Assembly: GCA_963668695.2 (NCBI GenBank)
Contig: CAXXLQ010000004.1
Location: 3,808,001-3,872,000, forward strand
Length of the DNA: 64,000 nt
Direction of reading: 5' to 3'
Source: Vicinamibacteria bacterium
Lineage (GTDB): Bacteria > Acidobacteriota > Vicinamibacteria > Marinacidobacterales > Marinacidobacteraceae
Both the position numbers and the translations under genes were made by a program. How positions within the stretch are numbered: the first letter of the stretch is position 1; every line of letters starts with the position of its first letter. A model generated the notes under the pieces. It ran no database searches, was not told where the DNA came from, and was given only the letters and a program-made list of their open reading frames with translations. Positions 1 to 9,978 of this stretch are shown here, in pieces.

Positions 1-992
1 CGCACCTCGGGATCGCGCAGCCGTTCGAGCATCGCTTCGACGCCGCCCTCCTGCGCCCAGGCAGGGATGTAGTCGCTGAGTCCGGTGATGCCCCAGGTAT
101 AGGTGTAGCTGTCTCCGGTGATCTTGAGGCCTCGATCCCGGGCTTCGTCGATGATGGCGAGGAAGGTGTCCGCCTCGGTGGAGGAGATCGAATTCAGGTG
201 GAAGAAGTGGACCGGGGCGCCCGATCGTTCGCCGATGGCGATGGCCTCGCGGATCGCTTCCGGGTCGGTGCCGTTCATGGTGCGGGCGTGGTTTGCGAAG
301 ATGCCGCCAACCGCGGCTGCCTCAGAGACGATGGCGGCGAGCTCATCGGTCGACATGTAGATGTTGGGCACGTAGCTCAGGCCGGCGGAGACTCCGAACG
401 CCCCCTCCGACATGGCGTCCCGTACCAGTCCCAGCATCTGCTCGAGTTCCTCGTCGGTGGGCGCGCGGTCCTCGTAGCCCAGGACGTAGGCCCGGACCGT
501 TCCGGAGGCGACGTAGGACACCACGTTGATCGCGATGCCGGTTTCCTCCAGGTAGTCGAGGAACCCGCCCAAGGTCTCCCACTTCCCCTCCAGTTCCTCA
601 GGCAGGGTGCTCTCGATCCGGCCGCCCCGCGGACCCATCGAGAAGGTCTCCCCATAGATCTCGGTCGTGAGTCCCTGAAACGCGAACGAAGGACCCTGGC
701 CGCCGTCGAGCAGGCGCCGGACCTCGGAGTGGCTGTGCATGTCGATGAACCCGGGGGCCACATAAAGGCCGGCGGCATCGATCGTCCGTTCCGCCCTGCC
801 GTCGATTTCGCCGATCGCAACGATGCGATCCCCGTCGATGGCCACATCGGCGACGACGCCCGGCGCCCCGCTCCCGTCGAAGACGGTGCCCCCCCGGATC
901 ACCAGGTCGTAGTCGGGCGCGCAACCGGGGAGGCACACCGCCAGCACGAGACCGGGCCAAGGAATAAGTTGCCGCACGCGTCCCCGTGCCAT
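1..992 (-). CDS. N-acyl-D-amino-acid deacylase (D-aminoacylase) family, lipoprotein-like signal; runs off window start
   Basis: Manual translation from ATG at 992: MARGRVRQLIPWPGLVLAVCLPGCAPDYDLVIRGGTVFDGSG...APGFIDMHSHS, the typical D-aminoacylase N-terminus. Confidence 0.85.
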   Translation of the reverse strand, partial: MARGRVRQLIPWPGLVLAVCLPGCAPDYDLVIRGGTVFDGSGAPGVVADVAIDGDRIVAIGEIDGRAERTIDAAGLYVAPGFIDMHSHSEVRRLLDGGQGPSFAFQGLTTEIYGETFSMGPRGGRIESTLPEELEGKWETLGGFLDYLEETGIAINVVSYVASGTVRAYVLGYEDRAPTDEELEQMLGLVRDAMSEGAFGVSAGLSYVPNIYMSTDELAAIVSEAAAVGGIFANHARTMNGTDPEAIREAIAIGERSGAPVHFFHLNSISSTEADTFLAIIDEARDRGLKITGDSYTYTWGITGLSDYIPAWAQEGGVEAMLERLRDPEV

Positions 993-1191
993 TAGCGGCG
1001 CCCGCTTCCGGGAAGCGCCGCGGTCCCGGGATCCGTCAGGACCACGTGGGGAAGGAGGTCGTCCATCGCCAGGTCGGCGCGGCGGACGATCCGGGGGGGC
1101 AATCCGGGGGGGCAAGGTCGGGATGATGTCGGAATCTAACACCTCATCGGTGTTGCCGGCGAAGAGCCGCCCGAGGAACGCGGTGATGCTG

Positions 1192-2427
1192 CTACCTCTC
1201 CAGAGGCGCCGGGTCCGGTGCGCCTCCACCGCTGTCAGCCCAGCGCATCGCGGCAAACGCTGCCGCCCCGAAGACGGCAAAGGCGCCGATCTGGATATAC
1301 ATGGTCCCGTCGAAGCTTTGGCCCACGAGCGCACCGAAAAACACCGCAATGAACGTGGAGAGCGAAGCGACGACTGCCGCTCCCACGCCCGCGAGGTGGC
1401 CGAGGGGCTCCATCGCGAGCGCATTGAGATTCCCGAAAAGCACGCCGCAGCACAGGAAGACGACGAGCAGGTAGGCCATGAAGAGCCAGAACGGAGGCAG
1501 GCCATCGAAGGCGAACAGCACCGTCCACGCCGCAACCGACGCCAGTGTGAAGGTCACCGTCGCCGCCATCGAGAGCCGGTGCATCCCGTGCTTCATCACG
1601 AGGCGGCCGTTCACGAGCGAGGCGCCGCCGATCGCGAGCGCCAGCACTCCGAACCAGACCGGGAAGAGCGCCCCGGTTTGGTAGGCGTCCTGGAAGATCT
1701 GCTGGGCCGAACTCAGGTAGGCGACGAACGGCGCAAACACGCACCCGGTGGCGAGGGTGTAGCCGAGCGCGGCCCGGATTTTCAGGACTTCCAGAATGCC
1801 CCTGCCGATGTCCCGCAAAGAGAAGGGTCGCCGGCGGGCGGCGGGCAGGGTTTCCGGCTGGCGTATCGCAAACCACGCAAAGGTGATCGCGGCGATCGCG
1901 AAGAACGTGGTGAAAATCGCGCGCCAGCCTCCGAGCCACAAGATCCCCTGGCCGAGGGCCGGGGCAACGGTGGGAATGAGGATGAATACGGCCATCACGA
2001 ACGACATGAGACGAGCCATTCGGCGGCCTTCGTACTGATCGCGCACCAAGGCCAGGGTCACGATGCGCGGTCCCGCGGCCCCGATGCCCTGCAGGATCCG
2101 GCCCGCGATCATCGCCTTGAACGTGGGTGCGAAGATGCTCACGAGGCATCCGGCCATGAACAGGACGAGGCCGGCATGGATGGCGGGCCTTCGTCCAATG
2201 CGGTCCGAGAGCGGGCCGAAGAGCATCTGGCCGAGGCCGAGCCCCACGAACAGAGCCGTGATGACGAACTGGGTGTCGTTCGGGCGCGGCACCCCGAGGT
2301 CGCGGCCGATCGCGGGCAGCGCCGGCAGCATCGTGTCGATCGCGAGCGCGACGAGCGACATCAGGAGGGCGATGAGGGGAACGAACTCGCCGAGACGAAG
2401 GGCCGGCCCGTCCGCCGTCCGGCTCAT
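1192..2427 (-). CDS. Bcr/CflA family multidrug efflux MFS transporter
   Basis: Motifs ALAIDTMLPALP and GPLSDRIGRRP; ~12 hydrophobic segments; ATG at 2427 chosen. Confidence 0.9.
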   Translation of the reverse strand: MSRTADGPALRLGEFVPLIALLMSLVALAIDTMLPALPAIGRDLGVPRPNDTQFVITALFVGLGLGQMLFGPLSDRIGRRPAIHAGLVLFMAGCLVSIFAPTFKAMIAGRILQGIGAAGPRIVTLALVRDQYEGRRMARLMSFVMAVFILIPTVAPALGQGILWLGGWRAIFTTFFAIAAITFAWFAIRQPETLPAARRRPFSLRDIGRGILEVLKIRAALGYTLATGCVFAPFVAYLSSAQQIFQDAYQTGALFPVWFGVLALAIGGASLVNGRLVMKHGMHRLSMAATVTFTLASVAAWTVLFAFDGLPPFWLFMAYLLVVFLCCGVLFGNLNALAMEPLGHLAGVGAAVVASLSTFIAVFFGALVGQSFDGTMYIQIGAFAVFGAAAFAAMRWADSGGGAPDPAPLER

Positions 2428-2565
2428 ACGCTCACCTTGCCGTCCGATACGGTCTGGTTTGCCGCCAGCCCGATCGGAACCCGCGAGCACCGGGGCCGGG
2501 ACCGGTCAGGGGGTACAGGCGTCACCGGTCGCCGAACGCACCGCTCGAGGGTCCGAAATCGCCTG

Positions 2566-3903
2566 CTACTGCGGGGGTTTCGGACGCGACCGGTACTTCT
2601 CGTAGAGCTGCAGGTGCCGGTTGTCGAGCGAGACCGGAACTCCGTTCACGAAGACGTGTTCCACCTCGGTGCGGATCTCGAGCGGGTCCCCGTTGACCAC
2701 GATCAGGTTCGCGACTTTCCCCTCCTCCAGGGTTCCGAAGTCGGCCTCCAGTCCGAAGAGCTGCGCGGGAACCAGGGTGATCGCGCGGATCGCGGCGTCC
2801 GCTGGCAGCCCGTAACCGACCGCGTGCCCTGCCTCATACGGCAGGAGCCGTGAGTTCGAGGACCCGAAGCTCGCGAAGGCCACCGTTACGCCCGCCGCGT
2901 GCAGTTCACCCGGGGTCGTGAAGGGCCGGTCGTAGGGATCGTCCTCCTCCCCGGGCAGCCTCTGGGTCGGCCCGAGAATCACCGGGACGGCGTTCTCGGC
3001 GAGAAGCTCCTTCACTTTCCAGGCTTCGTTTCCGCCGAGCAGGATCATCTTCACCCCCTGCTCCTTCGTGAACTCGACGGCGTGGCGGATCTCCCGAGCG
3101 CCCTGCGCCAGGATCAGCAGCGGCATTTCACCCCCGACGACCGGACCGAGGGCAGCGAGCCGGATGTCACGCTCCCGCGCATCGGCTTCGCCAGCGGCCG
3201 CGTAGCGGCGCGCCGCGTCCAGCACTGCCGCCAGTTCCGCCACCGCCCGGTCGTATTCCTCCTCGGCCTCGCGGAAGGGCCGCCGTCCGCCCCCGAACGT
3301 GCCCGGGTTGAACGTCCGCGTCGAGTAGGTCGGCCAGGTCAGGACCATCCCCGCGGACGCGTCGATATCCATCTCTTCCACGGTCCAGCCGTCGAGGTGG
3401 ACGATGGACGCCTGGCCGCTGATGCCGGCCCCACCGCCGCCGAAGCCTCCGAGCCGGCCCGGAGCCACCACCGCATGAGTAATGCCGTTCGCGCGCGCAA
3501 CCGGCAGGTGCTCACTCGAGGGATGGATCGCGGTCGCCGCCTTCAGATGCGGGTTCATCTCGCCCAGTTCGACGGTGTCCACCGTCGCGCTGACGGAGCC
3601 GATCTCGGTGAGGCCGAGCTGGCTCACCGAGTCCATCATGCCCGGATAAACGTCGAGCCCGGAGGCGTCCACCACCGTCGCTCCCGCCGGCGCCGAGATC
3701 TCGTCGCCGATCTCGACGATCCGGCCGTCCCGGATCAGAATGGATCCCGACTCGATGGGCGCCGCTCCCTCGACCAGGGTGTGGATTCGCGCGTTCTTGA
3801 TGAGCCAGGACTCTTCTTCCTGAGCCGTCGCCAGACCGCCCGCGAGTGCGAGCGCCAGCGGAACCGCGGCGAGCCGAAGCCCGCTCTTCCCAAGACCGGT
3901 CAT
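2566..3903 (-). CDS. Secreted amidohydrolase-family protein (N-terminal HxH degenerate)
   Basis: Signal peptide; IKNARIHT...PGMMDSVSQLG; GTLEEGKVANL; ATG overlaps upstream stop. Confidence 0.8.
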   Translation of the reverse strand: MTGLGKSGLRLAAVPLALALAGGLATAQEEESWLIKNARIHTLVEGAAPIESGSILIRDGRIVEIGDEISAPAGATVVDASGLDVYPGMMDSVSQLGLTEIGSVSATVDTVELGEMNPHLKAATAIHPSSEHLPVARANGITHAVVAPGRLGGFGGGGAGISGQASIVHLDGWTVEEMDIDASAGMVLTWPTYSTRTFNPGTFGGGRRPFREAEEEYDRAVAELAAVLDAARRYAAAGEADARERDIRLAALGPVVGGEMPLLILAQGAREIRHAVEFTKEQGVKMILLGGNEAWKVKELLAENAVPVILGPTQRLPGEEDDPYDRPFTTPGELHAAGVTVAFASFGSSNSRLLPYEAGHAVGYGLPADAAIRAITLVPAQLFGLEADFGTLEEGKVANLIVVNGDPLEIRTEVEHVFVNGVPVSLDNRHLQLYEKYRSRPKPPQ

Positions 3904-5303
3904 CGCCGGACTCCTTCCCGCGGTCCCCGCGGGCCGGGCCTGCCGGGGCCGGGCCTGCCGGGGCCGGGCCTGCCGGGGCCGCGCTCGGCGTCGTCCCCCT
4001 CGGACAGCTTCTCTTCGAGTTCGGCGCGTTCGGCGGCGGCACTCTCCCGCATCGCCAGATCCTGCTCGCGGCTGAAGAGCATCTCCCCATCCACGAAGGT
4101 CATCTGGTTCACCGCGTAGGTGCTCAGCGGATGGCGGTCGAAGACCGCCAGGTCCGCGTCCTTCCCCACCTCGATCGAACCGATCCGGTCCCCGACCCCG
4201 AGCTGAATCGCCGGGTTGATGGTGATCATGCGGAGCGCCTGTTCCTCGGTCATGCCGCCCCACTTCACGGTCTTGGCGGCCTCCTGATTCAGGTGCCGGG
4301 CTTCCTCCGCGCTGTCGGAGTTGATGGATACCAGAATCCCCCGTTCGGTCATGAGCGCCGCGTTGTAGGGAATGGCGTCGTAGGCCTCGACCTTGTAGCC
4401 CCACCAATCCGAAAACGTTGAAGCCCCTGCCCCGTGCGCCGCGATCTCGTTCGCCACCTTGTAGCCCTCGAGCACGTGCTGGAGCGTCGCGATCCGGAAC
4501 CCGAATTCCTCGGCGAGCCGCAGGAGCTGCAGGATCTCGTCCTGCCGGTAGCAGTGGGCATGCACGAGGCGCTCGCCCTCCAGAATCTCGACGAGCGGCT
4601 CGAGTTTCATGTCCCGCCGGGGCGGCAACACCCGCTCGCCGCGGGCCTTCGCCGCCTCGTAGTCGGCGAACTCCTGGCGGTAGGCCTCGGCGTCGGTGAA
4701 CGCCTGCCGGATCACGTCCTGGACCCCCATTCGGGTTGCCGGATAACGCCGCTCGACTCCCGCCGGCATGCCGCGGGACCGCTTCGGGTTCTCGCCGAGC
4801 GCGAACTTGATTCCCGGCGGAGCCCCCTCGAACACGAGCCCTGCGGCATCCGCTCCCCAGCGGTGCTTGATGACCACGTTCAGGCCGCCGATCGGGTTTG
4901 CGCTCCCGTGGAGGATGTTCGAAGTGGTCACCCCGCCCGCCAGCTCCCGGTAGATGTTGACGTCGTAGGGATCCACCACGTCACCGGTCCCGGTCATGGA
5001 GGAGACCGAGACGCTCCCCTCGTTGATGGACTCGGCGGCGATGTGCGAGTGGGCGTCGATGATGCCGGGCATCACGAACATCCCGTCGGCCTCGATCACC
5101 TCGGCCCCCGCCGGGACCTCGACGCTCGCCCCCACTTCCGCGATCTTCCCGTCCCGGATCAGGATCGCTCCCGGAGACAGGATCCCCTCGGTCACGGTGA
5201 GCACCGTCGCTCCCCGGATCACGGTGGTTGCCTCCTGAACGGGGGCGGCGGCAAGCGGCGCGGCGGCGAGCGCCGCCGTCAGAAAAAGACTCTTCAGTCG
5301 CAC
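3900..5303 (-). CDS. Secreted amidohydrolase-family protein (intact metal ligands)
   Basis: PGIIDAHSH, KFALGENPK, HAHCY, SINSD, GSIEVGKDADL. Confidence 0.9.
   Translation of the reverse strand: MRLKSLFLTAALAAAPLAAAPVQEATTVIRGATVLTVTEGILSPGAILIRDGKIAEVGASVEVPAGAEVIEADGMFVMPGIIDAHSHIAAESINEGSVSVSSMTGTGDVVDPYDVNIYRELAGGVTTSNILHGSANPIGGLNVVIKHRWGADAAGLVFEGAPPGIKFALGENPKRSRGMPAGVERRYPATRMGVQDVIRQAFTDAEAYRQEFADYEAAKARGERVLPPRRDMKLEPLVEILEGERLVHAHCYRQDEILQLLRLAEEFGFRIATLQHVLEGYKVANEIAAHGAGASTFSDWWGYKVEAYDAIPYNAALMTERGILVSINSDSAEEARHLNQEAAKTVKWGGMTEEQALRMITINPAIQLGVGDRIGSIEVGKDADLAVFDRHPLSTYAVNQMTFVDGEMLFSREQDLAMRESAAAERAELEEKLSEGDDAERGPGRPGPGRPGPGRPGPRGPREGVRR
3931..3981. repeat. 15-bp tandem repeat (3.4 copies) encoding PGRPG tail
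   Basis: gggccgggcctgccg x3 + gggccg. Confidence 0.9.
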
Positions 5304-5307
5304 TTCG

Positions 5308-6810
5308 TTACTCCTCGCTCCCGCTCGGGGCGGAGCGGCCCGCGGCCGAACGTTCGGGCTCGTCGTCTTCGGTCTCGGCTTCGTCCTCCGCGTCCGGGCG
5401 GTGAATCACTCCGTCCACAAACACCGTTTCGACCCTCGCCCCGTCCTCGAAAATGTCCCCGTCCGCGACTAGCAGGTTGGCGATCCGCCCTGTCTGGAGC
5501 GTCCCAACCCGGTCCGCCACCCCGAAGATCTCCGCCGGGGCCAGAGTGAGCGCGGTCAGCGCCGCCTCCCGGCCGAGGCCGCGCTCGACGGCCTTCCGGA
5601 CCGCCGCGATATCGCCGCCGGAACTCCCGGCGGATGCACCGCGCTCGCGCGGCCCTCCGCCCGCTTCCGGGCCCTCCCCCAGGTAGAAGGCGAAACGGAC
5701 GCCGGCCGCGGCGAGCGCTGCGGGGCCGGCTGGCGCCTGGTCGCGGAGGCGAAGGGTGCGCAGCGGAATCTCCGCTTCGGGGTCTGCCTGCGGATCGGCC
5801 TTCGGCCAATTCAGATCCACCAGGATGGGCACGCCGTGCTCCTTCAGGAACTGCGCGGATTCCCCTGCCTCGTGGCCCCCGTAGAGGACCGGGCGAATAC
5901 CGAACTCTTCCGCGAGCCCCACCATCCGGCGCACTTCCTTGTCGAGGCTCGCCGGCAGCAGCACCGGCTGGTCACCGGAAGCCGCCGCGGCGAGCGGGGC
6001 GAGGGTCCGGTCGTAACGCGGCCGCACGAGGCCCGCCGGATCCTCTTCGTACATGCGCCAAACCTCGCCGTAGTGCGAAGCGTCGAGGAAGAGCTGCCGC
6101 AGGTAGGCGATCACCCCCATCAGGGAACCGGGGAAGGAGCGGAAACCGCGCGTCCCGAGCCGGACCACCACCGCCACGTCCGGAGCGACCACCAGATCGC
6201 GTGAGTCGACTCCTTCGGGGCCGGCCAGGTTCAGCAAGGCTGCCCGGCCCGAGACGATCCCGTCCGGCGGCGCCGAGACCGCCGAGGTAAACCCGGTGCT
6301 CCGGCGCGCCGCGATCCGTTCGTCGCTCGCCCGCAGGTCGTCGGCGGCGAGTCGCCAGGAGAAGGTGTCGGGCCGGTCCTCGGGCCCCCGCGAAGGAGGC
6401 GGCGGCGATGGCGCGCCCGCGGGTGGCGCGCCCGCGCCTGCGGCGCGCGGCCCCCGGGCCGGACCCGCCGTCGAATCCCCGCCGAGGCCGAGATCGCTGA
6501 GCGCAGTGATGAAACCCGGATAGACGTGCTTCCCGGCCGCATCCATTCCGGCAGCCCCGGCCGGGACCTCGCCGCCCGCCTCGACCGAAACGATCAGCCC
6601 GTCCCGGATTACCACGGTGGCTCCCTCCAGGACGGTCCCGTCGCCGACGTGGACCATGCCCCCGGTGATAGCCCAGGCCCGCGGGCCCCGGTCGGCCACC
6701 TCCCGGGAGGAGAGCTGGGCGGCCGCGGTCGCCGGCCCTGCCGCGAAGAAGAGCACCGCCAGCGGTGCAAGCAGGCGGGAGGCGCGCCGCCGGAGGTTTC
6801 GTCTCGCCAT
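5308..6810 (-). CDS. Secreted amidohydrolase-family protein (HxH degenerate)
   Basis: AITGGMVHVGDG...YPGFITALSDLG; FPGSLMGVIAYLRQ; GTLQTGRIANL. Confidence 0.8.
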   Translation of the reverse strand: MARRNLRRRASRLLAPLAVLFFAAGPATAAAQLSSREVADRGPRAWAITGGMVHVGDGTVLEGATVVIRDGLIVSVEAGGEVPAGAAGMDAAGKHVYPGFITALSDLGLGGDSTAGPARGPRAAGAGAPPAGAPSPPPPSRGPEDRPDTFSWRLAADDLRASDERIAARRSTGFTSAVSAPPDGIVSGRAALLNLAGPEGVDSRDLVVAPDVAVVVRLGTRGFRSFPGSLMGVIAYLRQLFLDASHYGEVWRMYEEDPAGLVRPRYDRTLAPLAAAASGDQPVLLPASLDKEVRRMVGLAEEFGIRPVLYGGHEAGESAQFLKEHGVPILVDLNWPKADPQADPEAEIPLRTLRLRDQAPAGPAALAAAGVRFAFYLGEGPEAGGGPRERGASAGSSGGDIAAVRKAVERGLGREAALTALTLAPAEIFGVADRVGTLQTGRIANLLVADGDIFEDGARVETVFVDGVIHRPDAEDEAETEDDEPERSAAGRSAPSGSEE

Positions 6811-6843
6811 GGCGGGCGAGTCTGTCCGAGCGGCGGGTAGCGG

Positions 6844-7458
6844 TCAACCGGGGTGGGCCCCTTGCCGCACCGAACTCGGCAGACTGGGGCACGAAGCCGC
6901 CCTTTCTTTTCCAATCAGGGCCACGACTTCAGAAAGCCGCTCCAAGGGAACGCCCATCCGAGCGCGCTGCAACGCGGCCACGATGGCGTCAACCTGACCG
7001 GCTTGACCCAGCGCGGTCCTAACGGCGGGATGAAGCAGCAGATCCACGGTAGAAACGACCGCAGTACCCGGGAAACGCTCTGCGCAGATCCTCCGCGCCT
7101 TCTTCTCGTCCATCATGGCTGCGCGACCGTACGCCGCGGCATACGCGACGGTCGCCGCCTCCCCGTCGCCGAGGGTGTCCTGTGCACGCCCTTCGGCCAG
7201 AGATATCTGGATTGTGGCGCCCTTGCCGATCTCCACTACCCGGCACGCTCCCGTGCAAACGAGCGCCTCAAGACCTGTGATATCTCGGTGTCCCCGGTTT
7301 CGTCCGGCCTGTAGTTCGAACCGCACCGACTCGGTCACAACGGGCGGCGAGGGGAAGAGTCGGAAGATCTCCTCGGCTCGACCCGTCGCGTTCAGGTTGA
7401 TGATCGCACTGGTATCCGCGACGATCCTTCGCCACGACTCAGGCAGGGAGTGCAACAC
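6844..7458 (-). CDS. PIN-like domain protein (DUF3368-like), putative toxin/effector
   Basis: IVADTSAIIN, LGDGEAAT, MDEKKARR, STVDLL acidic PIN pattern; probable GTG start overlapping upstream gene end. Confidence 0.7.
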   Translation of the reverse strand: MLHSLPESWRRIVADTSAIINLNATGRAEEIFRLFPSPPVVTESVRFELQAGRNRGHRDITGLEALVCTGACRVVEIGKGATIQISLAEGRAQDTLGDGEAATVAYAAAYGRAAMMDEKKARRICAERFPGTAVVSTVDLLLHPAVRTALGQAGQVDAIVAALQRARMGVPLERLSEVVALIGKERAASCPSLPSSVRQGAHPG

Positions 7459-8623
7459 GCTCCGCAGCTTCGGCTTTCTCCTCCTCGGCGCCTTCCACAA
7501 GCTCGCGGACGGCTAACCGATCGAGCGCGAGCAGATCGGCGAGCTGGCCCTCGCTGTACAGATCGCGTTTCCACGCCTCTCTGACGAGGAGGCCGACCCG
7601 CGTCGGAACAATGCCCCCGCCGGAATCGGGAGTGCGCCCCTCGTCCGGCGGATGTCCGATCACGTCTTCGAACTGAGCATCTGTGATCCCGCCGTTGTCC
7701 TGAAACCAATCCCACGTCCCCTTCCTGACGACCCGCAGCTCCTCGAGGCGGCGCACCATCGCCTCGCGGGACACCGCGAACGAGTGCGCCAGCAGAATCA
7801 CATGGCGCCGCGTCAGATGGGACTGCCCGGCCGTCAGTTCACCAAACCGTTGGCGGACGGCCCGGCCAGGGGTCAGGAACGACCGCGCGAAAGCGGCCGC
7901 GTACTGTTCTTCGCGCGACCGCGAAATGTCCTGTTCCACCAGAAGTTCCGCTTCCTCCCGTGTCGTGATGAAGTGTCCGAGCTCGTGCGCGCCGGTCTGG
8001 GCAATACGGCCCCTTGGATGGTTTGCATTGAGCAGCACACAGGCGCCGGCGGCTTCGGTGTAAGCGAACAACCCGGAAATCGTGCTCACCAGCGGTCGCA
8101 AATAGACTCGCATTCCGACCTGCAACTCCAGGAACGTCACCATATCCAGAACCGGACCCGCCCCTAGCCCGAACCATGACCGCAGATCTTGGGCGTCCTC
8201 TTCCGCCTGCGCCGCGACATCGCCCGGAAGAATCTGCTTCTCCCGCGGATAGCGCTGCCTGCGCTGAATTCCGAGAACATTCTCCAGTTCCACTTCCGCA
8301 CTGACGAGCCGGCTTAGCAACTGCGCGGCGTCCTCCCTGGCCTCTTCGGAACTCTTCGGGAGCTTGCGGAATCGGGGCGCGAGGTCCAGGTGGACTGCCT
8401 CCCGCCGCAGGATCGCGTTTACGGAGACTCCGCACAGGTGTGCAAGCCTCTGGATCTCATCGCTCCGAATGCGACGTTTCCCCTGTTCGATAGCTACCAG
8501 CGTGGTTCGCGCGACCCGAATCCTCTCGGCGGCGTCGCTCTGGCGCAAACCACGCGCTTCCCGGATCGTTCGGAGTCGCCTGCCGATTTCCTGGTCCGAC
8601 AGTATCGGCGAGCCAATAGACAT
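7439..8623 (-). CDS. XRE-HTH fused to ImmA/IrrE (DUF955) Zn metallopeptidase
   Basis: N-terminal HTH (RLRTIREARGLRQSDAAERIRVARTTLVAIEQGKR); HExxH AHELGH; EQYAAAFARSFL; ATG overlaps upstream TGA (TGATG). Confidence 0.9.
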   Translation of the reverse strand: MSIGSPILSDQEIGRRLRTIREARGLRQSDAAERIRVARTTLVAIEQGKRRIRSDEIQRLAHLCGVSVNAILRREAVHLDLAPRFRKLPKSSEEAREDAAQLLSRLVSAEVELENVLGIQRRQRYPREKQILPGDVAAQAEEDAQDLRSWFGLGAGPVLDMVTFLELQVGMRVYLRPLVSTISGLFAYTEAAGACVLLNANHPRGRIAQTGAHELGHFITTREEAELLVEQDISRSREEQYAAAFARSFLTPGRAVRQRFGELTAGQSHLTRRHVILLAHSFAVSREAMVRRLEELRVVRKGTWDWFQDNGGITDAQFEDVIGHPPDEGRTPDSGGGIVPTRVGLLVREAWKRDLYSEGQLADLLALDRLAVRELVEGAEEEKAEAAERVALPA

Positions 8624-9978
8624 CAGTTCAAAGCTCCCCACTCTCGGATGAATGAGCGGCTGCCCAGCGACGCCAGGTAGTTCACCCACTCCTCTCGATG
8701 CTTCTCGAACATCTCACGAATACGCTTCTCTACTTCCTCTACCTCCAGTTCCAAAACAGGAGCGAGGCTTGCGGCATGAGCCCCAATCGTCTCGGTTTCC
8801 TCCGCGATCTCCGCCATTCGCCGCATATGCAATGTCCCCGCAATTGCGTACTCTCGATACCGTTCGTTGAGCTTCGTAAATCCGGGATCCACCGCCTCCT
8901 CTAGCGACTCCGCCGACATGTTCACGCAAACGTACGTTCCTCCCGGCTCATCGAGACCGGCCGCATGAACGCTGAGGCGTCTCAACATACATGCCGCGCA
9001 CACACCGCAGTGCCTCCACGAACCGGCGATGGAACTCCACCGACCGTCGCGCCAGCAGGACTTGGCGTCCTTCCATGCCTCAGTTTCCGCGAGGCGCGCG
9101 TACTCTGAGAGCGTCTCTCCCTTCGTAGCCCACAGACGAGGAAACCTGTATCGGACATCCGATCCCAGCAAGGCCTTCAGGAACGACTCCATCCGCCGCG
9201 TGAAGAGCGGGTGGCTCCGATAATCCTGATATGAATGCCCCACGGTTGCCAGTACAGGTCCGAGCACACCCTGTCCGCTTTCCGGACAGATTACGCGTGG
9301 CGAGTTTGTCAGATAGGCCGCAAGCCCAGAGATCAAAGCAAACTTGAACCCTCTACTCCGTCCGCTCGTTTCTCTGCGAAGCTTGTTAGCCGAAAGCGAG
9401 TAGGGAACCTTAATGAAAGGCGTCTTTTCCGAGTATTTGAAATGCGACCCTCGCTCAACCCGAACGAGAACCAGTTGTTCACCTAACCGATTCCTTTCGA
9501 TCCCGGACACGGCCAGGGAATCCAAGCCAGCACTGTATGGCAGACAGGCTCCCCTCGGTACTGAGAACTCTAGGTATCCACGTCTTGGCTCGGTCTGCTC
9601 TTCGCTCCTGGCGCAGAATGAGAACTCCCAAACGTCCCCCGTAAGGAACCCGAGTGCAGAACAGAGTGAACGGACTACGTCTGGAGCCTCCCAGCGCGCC
9701 GGATCGTGTACAGGAACGTGAACGCACAGGTGACGCGCCCAGCCAAGCGACGGGCGGCGACCGACAGAATCCGCGTATTCGACGGCGGCGCAAACTGCCA
9801 TCGCGTCATAAATCACGGCTTCCCACCTTGCCAGCGCGAAACGTCGCAGCGCCTCGATCGAAAACTTGAAGTCCTTTCGGTGCTGGAAGGCGATCCAGCC
9901 GCGCGGGGCTCGTCCGTCCTTCTCGAGAACTGCAACCCTAGTAAGCGGCAGCCGACCCGCTTTTCGCTTACCGCTCAC
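8623..9978 (-). CDS. QueC-like PP-loop enzyme of the QatC/Cap9 type (not the housekeeping preQ0 synthase)
   Basis: ~450 aa; YSAGLDS PP-loop, RSRGFKF, PESG, RSHP, TKGE, SCW, HCGVCAACMLRR Zn site; GTG start overlaps upstream TGA. Confidence 0.85.
   Translation of the reverse strand: MSGKRKAGRLPLTRVAVLEKDGRAPRGWIAFQHRKDFKFSIEALRRFALARWEAVIYDAMAVCAAVEYADSVGRRPSLGWARHLCVHVPVHDPARWEAPDVVRSLCSALGFLTGDVWEFSFCARSEEQTEPRRGYLEFSVPRGACLPYSAGLDSLAVSGIERNRLGEQLVLVRVERGSHFKYSEKTPFIKVPYSLSANKLRRETSGRSRGFKFALISGLAAYLTNSPRVICPESGQGVLGPVLATVGHSYQDYRSHPLFTRRMESFLKALLGSDVRYRFPRLWATKGETLSEYARLAETEAWKDAKSCWRDGRWSSIAGSWRHCGVCAACMLRRLSVHAAGLDEPGGTYVCVNMSAESLEEAVDPGFTKLNERYREYAIAGTLHMRRMAEIAEETETIGAHAASLAPVLELEVEEVEKRIREMFEKHREEWVNYLASLGSRSFIREWGALN

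Noticed and set aside
8623-9978. Housekeeping queC of queuosine synthesis
   Set aside because: About twice the usual length, with a long N-terminal extension and QatC-type motifs, and no que pathway genes adjacent.
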